From an uncultured Verrucomicrobiae bacterium (GTDB taxonomy: Bacteria; Verrucomicrobiota; Verrucomicrobiia; Chthoniobacterales; JAFAMB01), in contig CAVXLD010000011.1 of the NCBI GenBank assembly GCA_963762565.1, positions 128,001 through 192,000 on the forward strand: a stretch of 64,000 nucleotides of DNA. The letters are read 5' to 3'. A program made the position numbers and the translations under genes. Below the pieces are notes generated by a model that searched no databases, was not told the DNA's origin, and was given only the letters and a program-made list of their open reading frames with translations. Shown one piece after another: positions 1 to 10,790 of the stretch (positions are counted from its first letter, which is position 1; every line of letters starts with the position of its first letter).

Positions 1-3000
1 GGGGATCATCGAGCACCAGATTCCCGGAGCCGTTCAGCGCGCTCTGTGCCTGTAAAACCCGAGTATCCGCCGCTCCCGTGTCCGCTCCAGCTATAAGCTG
101 GATGGACCAGGAGAGGGGTACCTGACCATTCGGTCCGAGCGGCAACATTGGCTCAACGGCATAAACCTGTCCCTGGATGCCAGAGGTGCCGCTAGGTGGG
201 CGTGTGGCCACCGATTGAACGCCCGTGGCGAACTTCGGCGTAGAGCCAACCGGAAACAGATCGCCCGCCGCCAGGGTTATGGAGGGTCCCGTCATAGTAA
301 CCGGTCCGGAAAAGTCTGATAGAGGGGCGCCAGCCGGCCAGGTAACGGCGTTGATTGCGATCGAAACCGGCAATACTGAACCGCTGGCCAGTGTGGTCCC
401 TGCGAGTAGCTGTGTGCCGGCGGGAACAGTTTGACCGGCATGAAACACTAGTCCGTCGGGCAGCGTGATCGTCGCGGTCGCGATAAACGGCGTGCTAACC
501 GTTGCCTGCGCGCTTAGCGTGACCATCACCGGGATCACGACGTTCGGATTTAGTTTCGCCGGGTTGATCGAGATCGCGTAGCTTAACGATACTGGGTCGT
601 TGGCAAATTTCGTCCCGTCGAACAGGGTAACACCAGTCTCGACCACGACATTAGAGAGAGTCGCTTTATTCGCAAAGAGCACCCAGCCATTCTCGTCCGG
701 GTAGGTCATTCCATTGAGGTTCAACGGCGCGAAGCCATCGTTGATACTTCCATCGACATTTAAGTTACCACCAGCCCGCAGAATCAGGACCCCGGGTTCT
801 CCTGAGCCATAGTAATTCAGGTTCAGTTGAGAGTTAGGATTGACGCTCGGGTATCGATATTCGGACAGATCGATGTCGCCCACTACGGTCAAGTTGCCGT
901 TCGGGGTTGCGCTGACGATCTCGACGCCTGGCCGTAGATGGAAGGCTTGTGTGTAAGCGGTGAGCCCAGATAGCGCGGCCAGACTTCCGTTTGACAATGC
1001 AGTATTGATAAAAGTGGTACTGTCTTGACTAACCTGATCCAGGATTATCGCTCCATTGGGAGCACCGGTACCCGCGCTTTGTACGATGGTCCCGTTGGGA
1101 TCGGTCGGTGCGTAGGTCCAGAATGCGTTTAAGGCGATCGTTTGCGCACCCGTAATATTGACCTGTCCGTTTGCTACGATCCGGACATTCCCTGAAGTTA
1201 CGCCGGTCCGAGGTACGTTGAGCTCGAGATCGCCACGATCGATGCCATCGGGAGAACTCATATCGATAGTCGCCCCAGCATCCAACAGCAGGCTCCCCGT
1301 GCCATTATTGAGCGTGGTCACCGATGTATTACTGCCATCTTCAACCGTCAGCTCGATGACACCCCGGTTTTCCGCATCGATCGCCTGGCCGTAGCTATCC
1401 ACTTGCAACACCGTGTTATGGACATCCAGAACACCCGTCGAAGCCACTTCCAAGTTACCGCCCGCGGAGAGCCGGATCGTTCCTGGCGTAGCGCCGCTGG
1501 CATCGATGGTTCCGGCGACGATCAGGCTGCCGTTATCCACGGAGATATCGACGATATGGGCCATAATCGTAGTTCCTTTGGCGATCGTGATACTCCCTTG
1601 TTTGATGTCAAAAGAGCGCGAGTAAAAGAAGCCGCCCGTATCAAGTAACTGGTTCAGCATCGTGAAATCGCCTGCATTTTGTGCCCGGATATCAAAGGAA
1701 CCCGCGTTGAAATTGCCGGTACTGCTTCCTAAAAGGGTGCCCCCCAAGGTGACTTGCCCGGCGGAAGTACCGGTCGCGGTGATGGTCAAGCTACCGGCAT
1801 TATCGCCAATCGCGGAGACGTTGATAATTGAAGACGTATCCTGCGTGATATTTCCCGTTGTGCTTTCCAGTGAGACATCGCCGCCGAAGGTCGAGACCTT
1901 TTGATCGAACATTGCCACTGTCAGACCGGACACATCGATCTGGGAGCCTGCGTTCAAGGAAATATCACCGTTAGCAGTGAGCGTTACTTTGCCGGATGCA
2001 GCCAGGACCGAGGTTGAATCGGTAATGGTGTCTGCTGAAAGATCGATCTCGGCACCAAGGCTATCGGACATTACGGTCGCCGGTTGGGCGCCGGCTGGCG
2101 GCATTAACATCAATGCGCCGCCGGTCTTGTAACTCAGAACCGAGCCGGGCTCACCGGTCAGGAGAGGGGTTATCAGGTTCAAGTTGCCGTTGGTATAGGT
2201 CCCCGGGCCCGTCTCGGCAAGGTAAACGGAGAACGATCCTTTGCTGTTCGCGGTGATCTCCTGCGTGGCGGTCAGGTTAACCGTCGAGAACCCAAGCACT
2301 AGGCGGTCTAGCGAGGTTATATTCTGGCGTTCGTCTTGAGGCGCGTAGCCGAAAATGATCTCGTTAGCGACGATGTTGAGCGTACCGCTACCCGTACCTG
2401 GCCCACCGGCAATAACCGGTCCGGGTGGGGTGTTCGTGTAGACAATTGTGTTCGAGGTACCAGGAGCGAGCCCTAGCTGAGCCAGGCCGTTCCAGATGAG
2501 CGTACTTGTTGTGATCGTGACGCTATTAGTCCCTGTGCCGGCGCCATAGACGGCTGGCGAATCGAACACCAGTTCCTGCAGAGTCGATCGCCCGGTAGCA
2601 GGGTCGAGGGTGTTGATATTGACCGTTCCGTAGAAATTGATCGATTGCGATGCCGACAGAGTTAGCATCTGGAGAGCGGGCGCGCCGGATGCAGGGTCTC
2701 CTGCTAACAGCTGATCGAGCAAGCTCTGGTCAAGTAACAGACCAACAGGCAGGGTGCCATTCTGCTGGGCTGCCGCTAGAGATGCCGGTGTCCCGATATT
2801 AATATCGGTAGCCGCAAACCCGATGTACTTCGCCCCATAATTGGCTTCCTCTCCTAAATTCAACCCTGCGCTGGTAGCGAACGCGATGGTGCCATCCGAC
2901 AAAATGGACGCGCCGTTATCCACCGTGATCGGACCGGTTGCATTGCCCAGTCCCGGTTGGATATCAAGATAACCGTTCGATACAGCCAGTACGGCATAAA

Positions 3001-6000
3001 TCGCGTTTTGCGCAGCGTAACTGTTCGTAAAGAAGTAACCGCTGGATGAATCAAATGCCGGGTTACCCCTGCCTAGAGTGTCGATGATTGCTCCGGATTC
3101 GACCGTGATCCCATCTTTTCCCTGTGCTATCAGTGTGACGTCTGCACCCCGCAGAATGGCGCTGGTCCGAATGGCGACTTCTGCGGCGTTCGCTACAAAA
3201 TTAACCTCAAAACTGCCTTGGGTTGAGAGCGCGAGGTATCCGCCGATATAAACGTTGGGTGCGTCGATCGCATCGACAGCGGACGCGTTCAGGGAGATCC
3301 AACCTTTGGTAGGGATAGCACCGGCCCCGGTAATTTCGATGTTTTGCGAACCCGATCCCCCTGCACCACTAATAACTAACGTGCCCGAATATCCGGCCGG
3401 CGCCGGCTCAAAATCAGCCGTCCCGGCAAAGGTTAATTGAGACTCAGGTTCCGGCGATGGTGTCAGGTTGAGTGTGAGAGTCGAGGCATCGACCGGTAAC
3501 ACGGGGCGTGGCTGATTGAACTTTTGCGCCTGCGAGACGGCTACAGCACTATAAGTTTCCAGGTCATATTCGGAGTAGGTTTCGACCGCGGACGCCGGCG
3601 TGATGATCGCCTCGTTGGGAAGAGCATTTTGGAAGCTCGTGTTGGCGGCTCCTTCGTTGACATCGACTTCGAACGAACCGTTGTCCAACGATAACACTGG
3701 CGGCTGGTTTGTGTTTCCACGTCCTCCCAGTTCTACCCGGAAAGCTCCTGGGAGCAGGGCGTAATTTGCCGGCATCAGGATGTAGGTACCGGCCGGCAAG
3801 CCCGGGACACCGGCTGGGATCGTGATCTGTTGGCCGATACTCGGCATACTGCCGGTGTATCCGGTATTTGTATCAACCGTTGCCGGCGCATACGTTTGCA
3901 CCCCGGGGACGATGGCGTAGACCGCGTTACCGGACGCACTGAAAGTATAGCTGGGGTTTTGGTTGATGAGCGCGGTTGAAAGCACATCGAGTGAGCCGCC
4001 CCGACCGGAGATGAAGCCCTCGCCAAACAGCTTGCCGCCGCCGGAGAGATCGAGCAGTGCGCCGTGCGAAACGGACACGGAATAACCTTCGAGCGTGATT
4101 CCGCGCGTGGCTGCAAATGTTGCGTCGATCACATCCCCTGTGGTAAACGTTTGCCCATTGACGTTATAGATCACTCCGTCAGTGGTGCCGCCGTAAGGGA
4201 TTGTCAGCCCGTTTGCGCTCACCGAGGTGATGCTACCGGGAAGGAAATTCACGGCTTTTGTCGCTTGCGAGTTGCCGATGGTCGGATTGGTTCCAAAAAT
4301 AAGGGAGCCCAGCGGCGCACGGACAATTCCACCCTGATTGATCGTTTTCGCTTCGAAAGTCAGTTGGCCGAAAACCGATTGTGGAACGGCCGGATCGACA
4401 TTGCTGATCCGAGAAATTGAAATGGAAGTGCCCGGTGCGAACGGCTGAGCTGCTCCATTGAGAACCGGGATATCGCCGGCGATCACCTTAGCGTTACTCG
4501 CCCCGGAGACGGGATACAGTTGTGCCGCGGTAAATGTAAAGCTTCCAGGTGAAGTGACAGAAGCATCCGACAGAAACCGGATATCGCCTTGGCTGACAAA
4601 ATTAACGTCTTTGAACCCAGGATAATTGATCGTCTTTCCCAGATAGGCGGTATTAGGGCCGGGGGTCTCGAAATCACCGAATGCTGCCGAGCCCAAGTCG
4701 ATGAGATCTGCTTCGATGGTTAAATCCGCTCTTCCGTAGCTTTCCCCTTGAGGAGCGTTAGATGGATATAGAGCAGACAGTCCGGTGGTGAGATAGACGC
4801 CATAGCCATATCCGGGCTCCGGCTCCCCCTGATATTGTGCCGTCGGTGTGGTTAGCAAGACATAGGGAGCAGCAATGACGACTTGAGCGTGGCGGCTCGT
4901 GTCCGCCAAGGAGACGGCCGAAAGCTCAACGCTTTCTGGCGCGCTTAAGGTGACGTTGCCCTTAAACAGGATGGAATTCGCCGCAAATAAAGACAGATTC
5001 GCGAAACCGCCTTCGGTTACTGTGTTTGCACTGAGATATGCGTACCCAACTTTCAGATTTGAATTTTCCGTGCCCGGTTCAAGGGACGAAGGAAGAGCGC
5101 TTGGAACCGGGTCCTGCCCAATGACAATCGTCCTAGGTGTTCGCAGGTTATCGGGTACTAACGCGTTCGCGTCGTTATCATTGCCGGCAAAAGGTGGTAG
5201 AACCTGATAGATAGGACCCGCGAAGGTGATTGCTAGAGTTCCTCCGGCGCCTCCCGGACCGCCGGCAGCTGCTTCCAATTTGCCATCGATATAGATCCCA
5301 TCGTAGGAGCTCAGCGAGATCGATCCCCCGTTACTCGCGGCATAGACAGGGTCTCTCTGGACAATTGAGACAGATGTCCCTCCAAGGCTCTCAGTCGGAT
5401 TAGCACCGGCGTTCAGATCCAAGACCGCGCTAGCGCCCGATGCGTCCAGGATTGCGCCCGGCCGGATAATCACAAACGCGTCCGTCGAAGTGACCTCTGT
5501 GTAATCGCCGGGGGAGGCCGATTGAGTGCCGCCGGTGCTCCCCAGCACAATTGAACCCCCATTAGGAACCAGACCGTAGGGCCGCCCAAACCGATCCAGT
5601 GCGACGAACGCCTGTGCAGCGACATCCAACGTGCTGTCGCTCCCGATCCAGATCGATAAGCCATGCGGCTCGTAACTGATCGTTTTCCCGGTTCCGCCAA
5701 CCCCGCCTAAAGGCCGATAATTCACAATCTCGATTGAACCGCTCGGGGCTCGCAGTTTGCCGTCGACCGTGATCTGGCCCGCTCCCTCAATATCGATCGA
5801 TTGACCCGGATCAACGTAGATGGTTGACCCGGCGCCGATATTGATCGTGCCGCCCGCCCCTACATTAGAGGTGGCAACGAGGTTACCGTTAACTCCGGCT
5901 AGCAAACTCAAGCTCGCGCCCGGGCGCTGGGTTACCGTCGCCGTGTCCGGGTCGCCGACATACACCGGCATTAGCAGAGGATTTCCCATCGCGGTCGTGA

Positions 6001-9000
6001 TGCTCGCTCCTGTCGGTATTTTGTAGCTCGCGGCACTAAATTGATAAACCGGTTCCGTCACATTGATGTCTGCTCCCGGTGCTACCGTGAGAGACTCCAT
6101 CCCGTGGATTGTGTAACTCGAGAACCCCTGGCTGAAGAACGAGGTCGGCAACACGAGCTGGTCCGCCTTTGCTACAGTGATCCCATCGCCGATGACCACC
6201 GAGTAAGCTTGCAGGGCAAGGGCGCCACCCGCTTTGACGCCGTAAGACTCTATTGTGCCATCTAGAACGAGCGCTCCTCTCGATACTGCCTGCGCAACCG
6301 TGAGCAAGGTTCGCTTAGCGTGTTTCGACGTTACGCTAACGTTACCCACTTGATCCGCTTCAATCGAGATATTTCCCCCCGAACCATCGAGCGTTTTCCG
6401 GTTCGGCAAGATGGCGGCTCCGGAAGACGCATCGATCAGGCTTCCATTGGAAAGCGTTATCCCTTGATTTGAACTTAACGTTACATTGCCCCCGTTGATA
6501 TAGGCCTCGCCGGTGATATCGGTGGGGTCCAGGAACCCGTTGGTCCATAAACCCGCCGTATCGATCACAATATCCGGTCCAAGTGTAATTCCAGCGATCG
6601 CCCTCGCCGGTTTCGTGGATGGTACGTTTGCGGATTGGTTATAAGAAACCGCATCAATCGATACGCTGCCGTCGGGTGCGGTGATGGTGCCGTCGATAAC
6701 CACATTTGCCGCCGTCAACGAGATCTGGGCGCCGTTAGCAAACGCCAACGGATCGGCAATCGTCAAATAGCCCTTCGCGCCCCGCGGGATGTTATTCGCC
6801 GATGAGCTGGCGTCGTCCGGATGCGACGCGCCGCTCTTGGATTTCGGTACCGCCGCTTCAACATGGATTCTCAGTCCTCCGAGTTGAGCACTGTTAATCT
6901 GCGAAGCTGAAAACGTGTTGGTGTTGAATAGGTTGCTATTGATCGGGGATGTAGCCGTCAGATTCGCGGTCAGCGAGGAGTTGTTATCACCAAAGACAAC
7001 GTTGCTGGAATAAGGAAAGCCGTTGTTCACCTGACTCTCCGGGCCAAGGACGAGCGATCCATTAAGAGTAACCGTGCTCTCGGTCAGCAGAAAAGGATCG
7101 GTCACAGTCGATGGCCGGGCGCTGTCCTGTTGCGGCCCATCAACGGTCTGCGCATCGATGGTTCCCTCGAAGATCGAGGTCCTAGCATTGATCGTCAGAG
7201 TGCCTGCATCCCGGCCCTCGGTATAGCCGGGAACATAAATCTGGCTCGGCTGGGTGATAACGTTGGCGTACGTCTCGGTAACATTCCAGCGGGGGTGATT
7301 GACCACGAACCCGTTAAATACGCCAATATAGGTAAGCCCGGCCGGAGCGGTATTAACATTATAAATACGGCCATCGCTGGCGATGACATAGCTCTCCTTA
7401 AGATAGCCACCCTGGTACTGGATAGAACCGCCGGCGATATCAAAGACCGAACCTTTCTGTGCGACCACCTGGTTCGCTGAGAGGGTAATCGCGCCCCCGA
7501 TGGTGTCCCATTCATCAATGCTGTGCCCAACGTTATTCAGCTCGCCGCTAACTTCCAATAGCCCCCCGGGCGTGTAATAGCGGTTCTCGGTATTGTAGGG
7601 CGCGTTGTAACTCGAATTCGCCGGTACTTCCACCAGCTGCCGCAGATCCACGTACACGGTATTATTAAATAGCGATTGCGTATCCCGGTTGTCCGGAGCG
7701 TCTCGGAGCTCAAACCCTTGAATGTTGACCGCCAGGTTGTTGTCCGACATCGGCAGAGATACGTTCACTAAGCCCGATACGTCGAGCTTGGCGCCGTTCC
7801 CGACGAAGACCCGTTTCCCGGCATAGACGACGATTTGCCCCGCAGTCGCGCTGGTGAGTGAGCCGTTGGCGAAATCGACCATGCCGCCGGTTGTAATCTC
7901 GATCCGGGAAATACCGACAAGATCAGGAAGTAGAACTTGATCATTGAGCAGCGGTTTGGCGTTTGAGTAAGCGATGTCTTCCGTATAGGCTGCTGTCTGT
8001 TGCGGATCGAGCGCGGTGCTGGAATTAGGATCCGGAGCGATGTAGGTGATACTGCCGGGCGCCAAAGTCACGCTGCCGGTCACTTCCGAGGTGGAGGTTA
8101 ACAGATGAATGGTGCCGCGTTGATCGACCGAGCTGGTTGCGATGATAATACCGGATTGGGTCACCTGATGGCCGACCATGGTGATATCGCCGGTGGTCGC
8201 CTCGATCACCCCCGTGTTCAAAGTGGTTCCACCAGAAGTCACCTGCACCTCGGCCCCCAAAGTGGTCGAGGTCTCGTTCCCGGCGGAGGAACTCACTGAG
8301 CTGGTGCCGGGGATTATACTGTACCCCGGTAGCAAGGAGAATTCTTTGCCGGCGGCCAGGACAGTTTGTCCGTCTGCCGTGGTAATAGAACCGGCGTTCT
8401 CTACCGATCGGCCCAGGAGAATCACCGAGCCGCCTCGGTCCCCGGTTCTCAAAGGCGCATTTGTTACCAGTTGTGCGCCGAGGTCAACAATCACCGAGCC
8501 TAACCCACCGGTAAAGCTCGGGCTACCAAGAGAACTATTTGAGTTGACCGCAGTATAAATGCCGTCTGTGGTAAATTGCGAATCGGTGATCCTGGCTGCA
8601 GCAGCGAGCAACGTACCAACATTGATCTGGGAGGCGCCCCCGAAAATGATCCCGTTCTGGTTGATAAGATAAACCTGACCCTGTGCCTTAATCGAGCCCA
8701 GGATCTGGCTCGGTGTGCCACTAAGAATCCGATTTAACGCAACCCAAGTGTTAGCCACGGCGCCCCCGCCGCTCTGGTTGAAATCGACCGTCGTATTTTT
8801 GCCGACGTTAAAAGTTTGCCAGTTTAAGATCGCCTGTGACGCCGTCTGTTGAATCGTAACCGTGGTTTGGCCGTTCGACACCGATTGGGTCGGCTGATTT
8901 GCGCCTTGCCATTCCGCGTTTTTGCCCGTTGCGATTTGTAGTCCGCCGGTGGTTAAACCGTTGGCCACATTGCTCGGTGCGTTCAAAGCTGCGTTCCGGG

Positions 9001-9316
9001 CTGCCTGCTGCATGGCTTGCACCGATTTCATCGCTTCCGCTGCCCGAGTCAGGATGTTGTTAGCGTTGTTCTGCAGCTGACTCATCGCTGCTTGATTCCC
9101 GCCATAGTAGCTGCTGGCCGCAGGACTGTTCGACCAGCCGGTGTTACCACGGAGAATGTCGCCGGCTTTGGCGGCAGCGCCGAGGGCGGAATAGCAAATA
9201 GCGAATAGCAGATAGCAAATCGAACCGCGAATGAACACGAATGAACACGAATTCGATTGCCTGGATGACATGGCGCAATGCTTGGTTCGCCCTGCGTCGA
9301 GTCTAGCTGGATGCAT
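1..9316 (-). CDS. Giant filamentous haemagglutinin / two-partner-secretion (TpsA) exoprotein, 3' end outside window (>3,090 aa)
   Basis: Hand-translated; absent from the ORF track because no stop lies in the window. Start ATG 9316 or 9271, hydrophobic signal region, then AGDILRG...QAILNWQTFNVGKNTTVDFNQ...PSQILGSIKAQGQVYLINQNGIIFGGASQINVG (haemagglutination-activity/TPS domain). The same frame at the left edge reads SWSIQLIAGADTGAADTRVL...GNLVLDDP; G/T/S/N-rich beta-helix composition throughout. Confidence 0.93.
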   Translation of the reverse strand, partial: MHPARLDAGRTKHCAMSSRQSNSCSFVFIRGSICYLLFAICYSALGAAAKAGDILRGNTGWSNSPAASSYYGGNQAAMSQLQNNANNILTRAAEAMKSVQAMQQAARNAALNAPSNVANGLTTGGLQIATGKNAEWQGANQPTQSVSNGQTTVTIQQTASQAILNWQTFNVGKNTTVDFNQSGGGAVANTWVALNRILSGTPSQILGSIKAQGQVYLINQNGIIFGGASQINVGTLLAAAARITDSQFTTDGIYTAVNSNSSLGSPSFTGGLGSVIVDLGAQLVTNAPLRTGDRGGSVILLGRSVENAGSITTADGQTVLAAGKEFSLLPGYSIIPGTSSVSSSAGNETSTTLGAEVQVTSGGTTLNTGVIEATTGDITMVGHQVTQSGIIIATSSVDQRGTIHLLTSTSEVTGSVTLAPGSITYIAPDPNSSTALDPQQTAAYTEDIAYSNAKPLLNDQVLLPDLVGISRIEITTGGMVDFANGSLTSATAGQIVVYAGKRVFVGNGAKLDVSGLVNVSLPMSDNNLAVNIQGFELRDAPDNRDTQSLFNNTVYVDLRQLVEVPANSSYNAPYNTENRYYTPGGLLEVSGELNNVGHSIDEWDTIGGAITLSANQVVAQKGSVFDIAGGSIQYQGGYLKESYVIASDGRIYNVNTAPAGLTYIGVFNGFVVNHPRWNVTETYANVITQPSQIYVPGYTEGRDAGTLTINARTSIFEGTIDAQTVDGPQQDSARPSTVTDPFLLTESTVTLNGSLVLGPESQVNNGFPYSSNVVFGDNNSSLTANLTATSPINSNLFNTNTFSASQINSAQLGGLRIHVEAAVPKSKSGASHPDDASSSANNIPRGAKGYLTIADPLAFANGAQISLTAANVVIDGTITAPDGSVSIDAVSYNQSANVPSTKPARAIAGITLGPDIVIDTAGLWTNGFLDPTDITGEAYINGGNVTLSSNQGITLSNGSLIDASSGAAILPNRKTLDGSGGNISIEADQVGNVSVTSKHAKRTLLTVAQAVSRGALVLDGTIESYGVKAGGALALQAYSVVIGDGITVAKADQLVLPTSFFSQGFSSYTIHGMESLTVAPGADINVTEPVYQFSAASYKIPTGASITTAMGNPLLMPVYVGDPDTATVTQRPGASLSLLAGVNGNLVATSNVGAGGTINIGAGSTIYVDPGQSIDIEGAGQITVDGKLRAPSGSIEIVNYRPLGGVGGTGKTISYEPHGLSIWIGSDSTLDVAAQAFVALDRFGRPYGLVPNGGSIVLGSTGGTQSASPGDYTEVTSTDAFVIIRPGAILDASGASAVLDLNAGANPTESLGGTSVSIVQRDPVYAASNGGSISLSSYDGIYIDGKLEAAAGGPGGAGGTLAITFAGPIYQVLPPFAGNDNDANALVPDNLRTPRTIVIGQDPVPSALPSSLEPGTENSNLKVGYAYLSANTVTEGGFANLSLFAANSILFKGNVTLSAPESVELSAVSLADTSRHAQVVIAAPYVLLTTPTAQYQGEPEPGYGYGVYLTTGLSALYPSNAPQGESYGRADLTIEADLIDLGSAAFGDFETPGPNTAYLGKTINYPGFKDVNFVSQGDIRFLSDASVTSPGSFTFTAAQLYPVSGASNAKVIAGDIPVLNGAAQPFAPGTSISISRISNVDPAVPQSVFGQLTFEAKTINQGGIVRAPLGSLIFGTNPTIGNSQATKAVNFLPGSITSVSANGLTIPYGGTTDGVIYNVNGQTFTTGDVIDATFAATRGITLEGYSVSVSHGALLDLSGGGKLFGEGFISGRGGSLDVLSTALINQNPSYTFSASGNAVYAIVPGVQTYAPATVDTNTGYTGSMPSIGQQITIPAGVPGLPAGTYILMPANYALLPGAFRVELGGRGNTNQPPVLSLDNGSFEVDVNEGAANTSFQNALPNEAIITPASAVETYSEYDLETYSAVAVSQAQKFNQPRPVLPVDASTLTLNLTPSPEPESQLTFAGTADFEPAPAGYSGTLVISGAGGSGSQNIEITGAGAIPTKGWISLNASAVDAIDAPNVYIGGYLALSTQGSFEVNFVANAAEVAIRTSAILRGADVTLIAQGKDGITVESGAIIDTLGRGNPAFDSSSGYFFTNSYAAQNAIYAVLAVSNGYLDIQPGLGNATGPITVDNGASILSDGTIAFATSAGLNLGEEANYGAKYIGFAATDINIGTPASLAAAQQNGTLPVGLLLDQSLLDQLLAGDPASGAPALQMLTLSASQSINFYGTVNINTLDPATGRSTLQELVFDSPAVYGAGTGTNSVTITTSTLIWNGLAQLGLAPGTSNTIVYTNTPPGPVIAGGPGTGSGTLNIVANEIIFGYAPQDERQNITSLDRLVLGFSTVNLTATQEITANSKGSFSVYLAETGPGTYTNGNLNLITPLLTGEPGSVLSYKTGGALMLMPPAGAQPATVMSDSLGAEIDLSADTITDSTSVLAASGKVTLTANGDISLNAGSQIDVSGLTVAMFDQKVSTFGGDVSLESTTGNITQDTSSIINVSAIGDNAGSLTITATGTSAGQVTLGGTLLGSSTGNFNAGSFDIRAQNAGDFTMLNQLLDTGGFFYSRSFDIKQGSITIAKGTTIMAHIVDISVDNGSLIVAGTIDASGATPGTIRLSAGGNLEVASTGVLDVHNTVLQVDSYGQAIDAENRGVIELTVEDGSNTSVTTLNNGTGSLLLDAGATIDMSSPDGIDRGDLELNVPRTGVTSGNVRIVANGQVNITGAQTIALNAFWTYAPTDPNGTIVQSAGTGAPNGAIILDQVSQDSTTFINTALSNGSLAALSGLTAYTQAFHLRPGVEIVSATPNGNLTVVGDIDLSEYRYPSVNPNSQLNLNYYGSGEPGVLILRAGGNLNVDGSINDGFAPLNLNGMTYPDENGWVLFANKATLSNVVVETGVTLFDGTKFANDPVSLSYAISINPAKLNPNVVIPVMVTLSAQATVSTPFIATATITLPDGLVFHAGQTVPAGTQLLAGTTLASGSVLPVSIAINAVTWPAGAPLSDFSGPVTMTGPSITLAAGDLFPVGSTPKFATGVQSVATRPPSGTSGIQGQVYAVEPMLPLGPNGQVPLSWSIQLIAGADTGAADTRVLQAQSALNGSGNLVLDDP

Positions 9317-9509
9317 ATCTATAAGCTTTGAATTGTATTATGCGGGATTTCGGAATGCGCCGCGCTTAAATGAGTTTCTCGCCGAGGTCTGCTCAGACGA
9401 ACTAATCCCGCTCCGGACCCGCCTAATTCGCGTCTATTCGCGTCCATTCGCAGTAAACTTTCCGACCTTTGTGCTGAATCCCGACCAATCACGAATCACC
9501 AATCACCTG

Positions 9510-10040
9510 TCACTTCTCTTTATTCCCAAAGCCAACTACCGTGGCCTTGATCAGAGACGGATTTTCTTTTGGCTTGGTGATGGACCGCTGAAACTTCTCT
9601 AGATCGGTGATCGAGTTACTGGTTGCTCCCATCGCGGCGCCGGTTAGCTCGTGGGTATTGATCTGTTTCGGTCCACCGAAGATGATGCCGTTGGCATCGA
9701 TCACATAGATTTGCCCATCGGAGTGGACGGTCGCCAGGACCTGGCTGGGCACCGCTGCCGGATTGTTACTGACGTTGATCATGACGCCGCCGCCGCGAAT
9801 ATTACTCGCCTGGTAGGTCTGGGTGGCGGTTTGAAGCGCCTGCACGGCCTGGTTCGCTTGCGCCTGATTAGCGAGCGCCGCGTGCTGCGCCGCTAAGCCA
9901 GGGTTACTGATCTGTTTAAGAATATCGCCTGTGCCGGCATCTGCGATCGTTACCGCTGACAACCAAAGCCCAAGAACCGGCCCTATCGAACCGCCGAAAA
10001 AGCCGGCGATCCCGGCCGTTCTGCCTCTCATTGAGTTCAT
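9510..10040 (-). CDS. Small secreted protein with partial TPS/haemagglutinin N-terminal motif (mini-FHA, 176 aa)
   Basis: ORF-track 9510..10109, more plausible ATG at 10040. Signal-like segment, then GDIL, PSQVLATVHSDGQIYVIDANGIIFGGPKQIN, and C-terminal PSLIKATVVGFG. Confidence 0.75.
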   Translation of the reverse strand: MNSMRGRTAGIAGFFGGSIGPVLGLWLSAVTIADAGTGDILKQISNPGLAAQHAALANQAQANQAVQALQTATQTYQASNIRGGGVMINVSNNPAAVPSQVLATVHSDGQIYVIDANGIIFGGPKQINTHELTGAAMGATSNSITDLEKFQRSITKPKENPSLIKATVVGFGNKEK

Positions 10041-10189
10041 AAAAATTGATCTAACCTCTGTTCTTGCCGGGCAGCGCCGCATCGTCCCTGACGCTGGATG
10101 AAAACACACGGTTAAAAGCCGGGCGCGAAGGCACCAGCAACCGTCTCTTAGAGGTTATCGGTCGCTAGGAGTTGCCTCAATCCGCGAAT

Positions 10190-10207
10190 TGTCACAATCG
10201 TGTGACA
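10190..10207. promoter_or_regulatory. Pho-box-like 11-bp-periodic site 1 (TGTCACA-N4-TGTGACA)
   Basis: Seen directly; the motif recurs at 10374 and 10645 in the same intergenic region. Confidence 0.5.
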
Positions 10208-10373
10208 TTGGGCACAACCATGGAGCGCCGCCGCGCTTGCAAGGCCGCGGCCTCCGTTCTCGGCGATGGATGAAGACTGATCAATCGATCCCCGAATCCG
10301 TCATTGCGCAGCGCGACAGCGGCCGTTTTCCAACAGCCTGTTAAATTAGCCAGCAGAGGAGACGCGCGCCGAA

Positions 10374-10391
10374 TGTTACATTTGTGTAACA
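10374..10391. promoter_or_regulatory. Pho-box-like site 2 (TGTTACA-N4-TGTAACA)
   Basis: Same geometry as site 1. Confidence 0.5.
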
Positions 10392-10644
10392 ATCGGACCC
10401 TCTAACCGCAAAGTGAGATCGAGCTCTACTTACCTTGATCTTAACTAGCCGCCGCGATTTTCCAGAAAAACTAACAAATTCCGTCGACTTCGTTTAGTTG
10501 GGAACGAGATTAAAACCAGACTAGATTGATAGAGTTTTTACAATGTTAGAGCTAAGCGCAATTCGGCACATATAATATCCAACTTTCTAACCACAGAACT
10601 CGCTCAAATTCAGTGGGTTCCGCGTCACGTGCTTGGCGCAACTT

Positions 10645-10662
10645 TGTGACGCAAATGTAACC
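10645..10662. promoter_or_regulatory. Pho-box-like site 3 (TGTGACG-N4-TGTAACC)
   Basis: Degenerate copy about 130 nt upstream of the PstS-like gene. Confidence 0.4.
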
Positions 10663-10790
10663 ATACGCTAGTTGTTCCGAGCTTGATTACGGCGAAGGTA
10701 GTGGCCCGATCAGTCGTACGCATTCGGAAGGCACGGATGGGTTCTTCGGGGTGCCGCTTCTGACGGGTTAACCCTAGCTCGTTTAATACA

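Noticed and set aside
225..9208. Dozens of short ORFs in the track across 1-9.2 kb
   Set aside because: They are antisense or off-frame shadows of one continuous minus-strand FHA frame.
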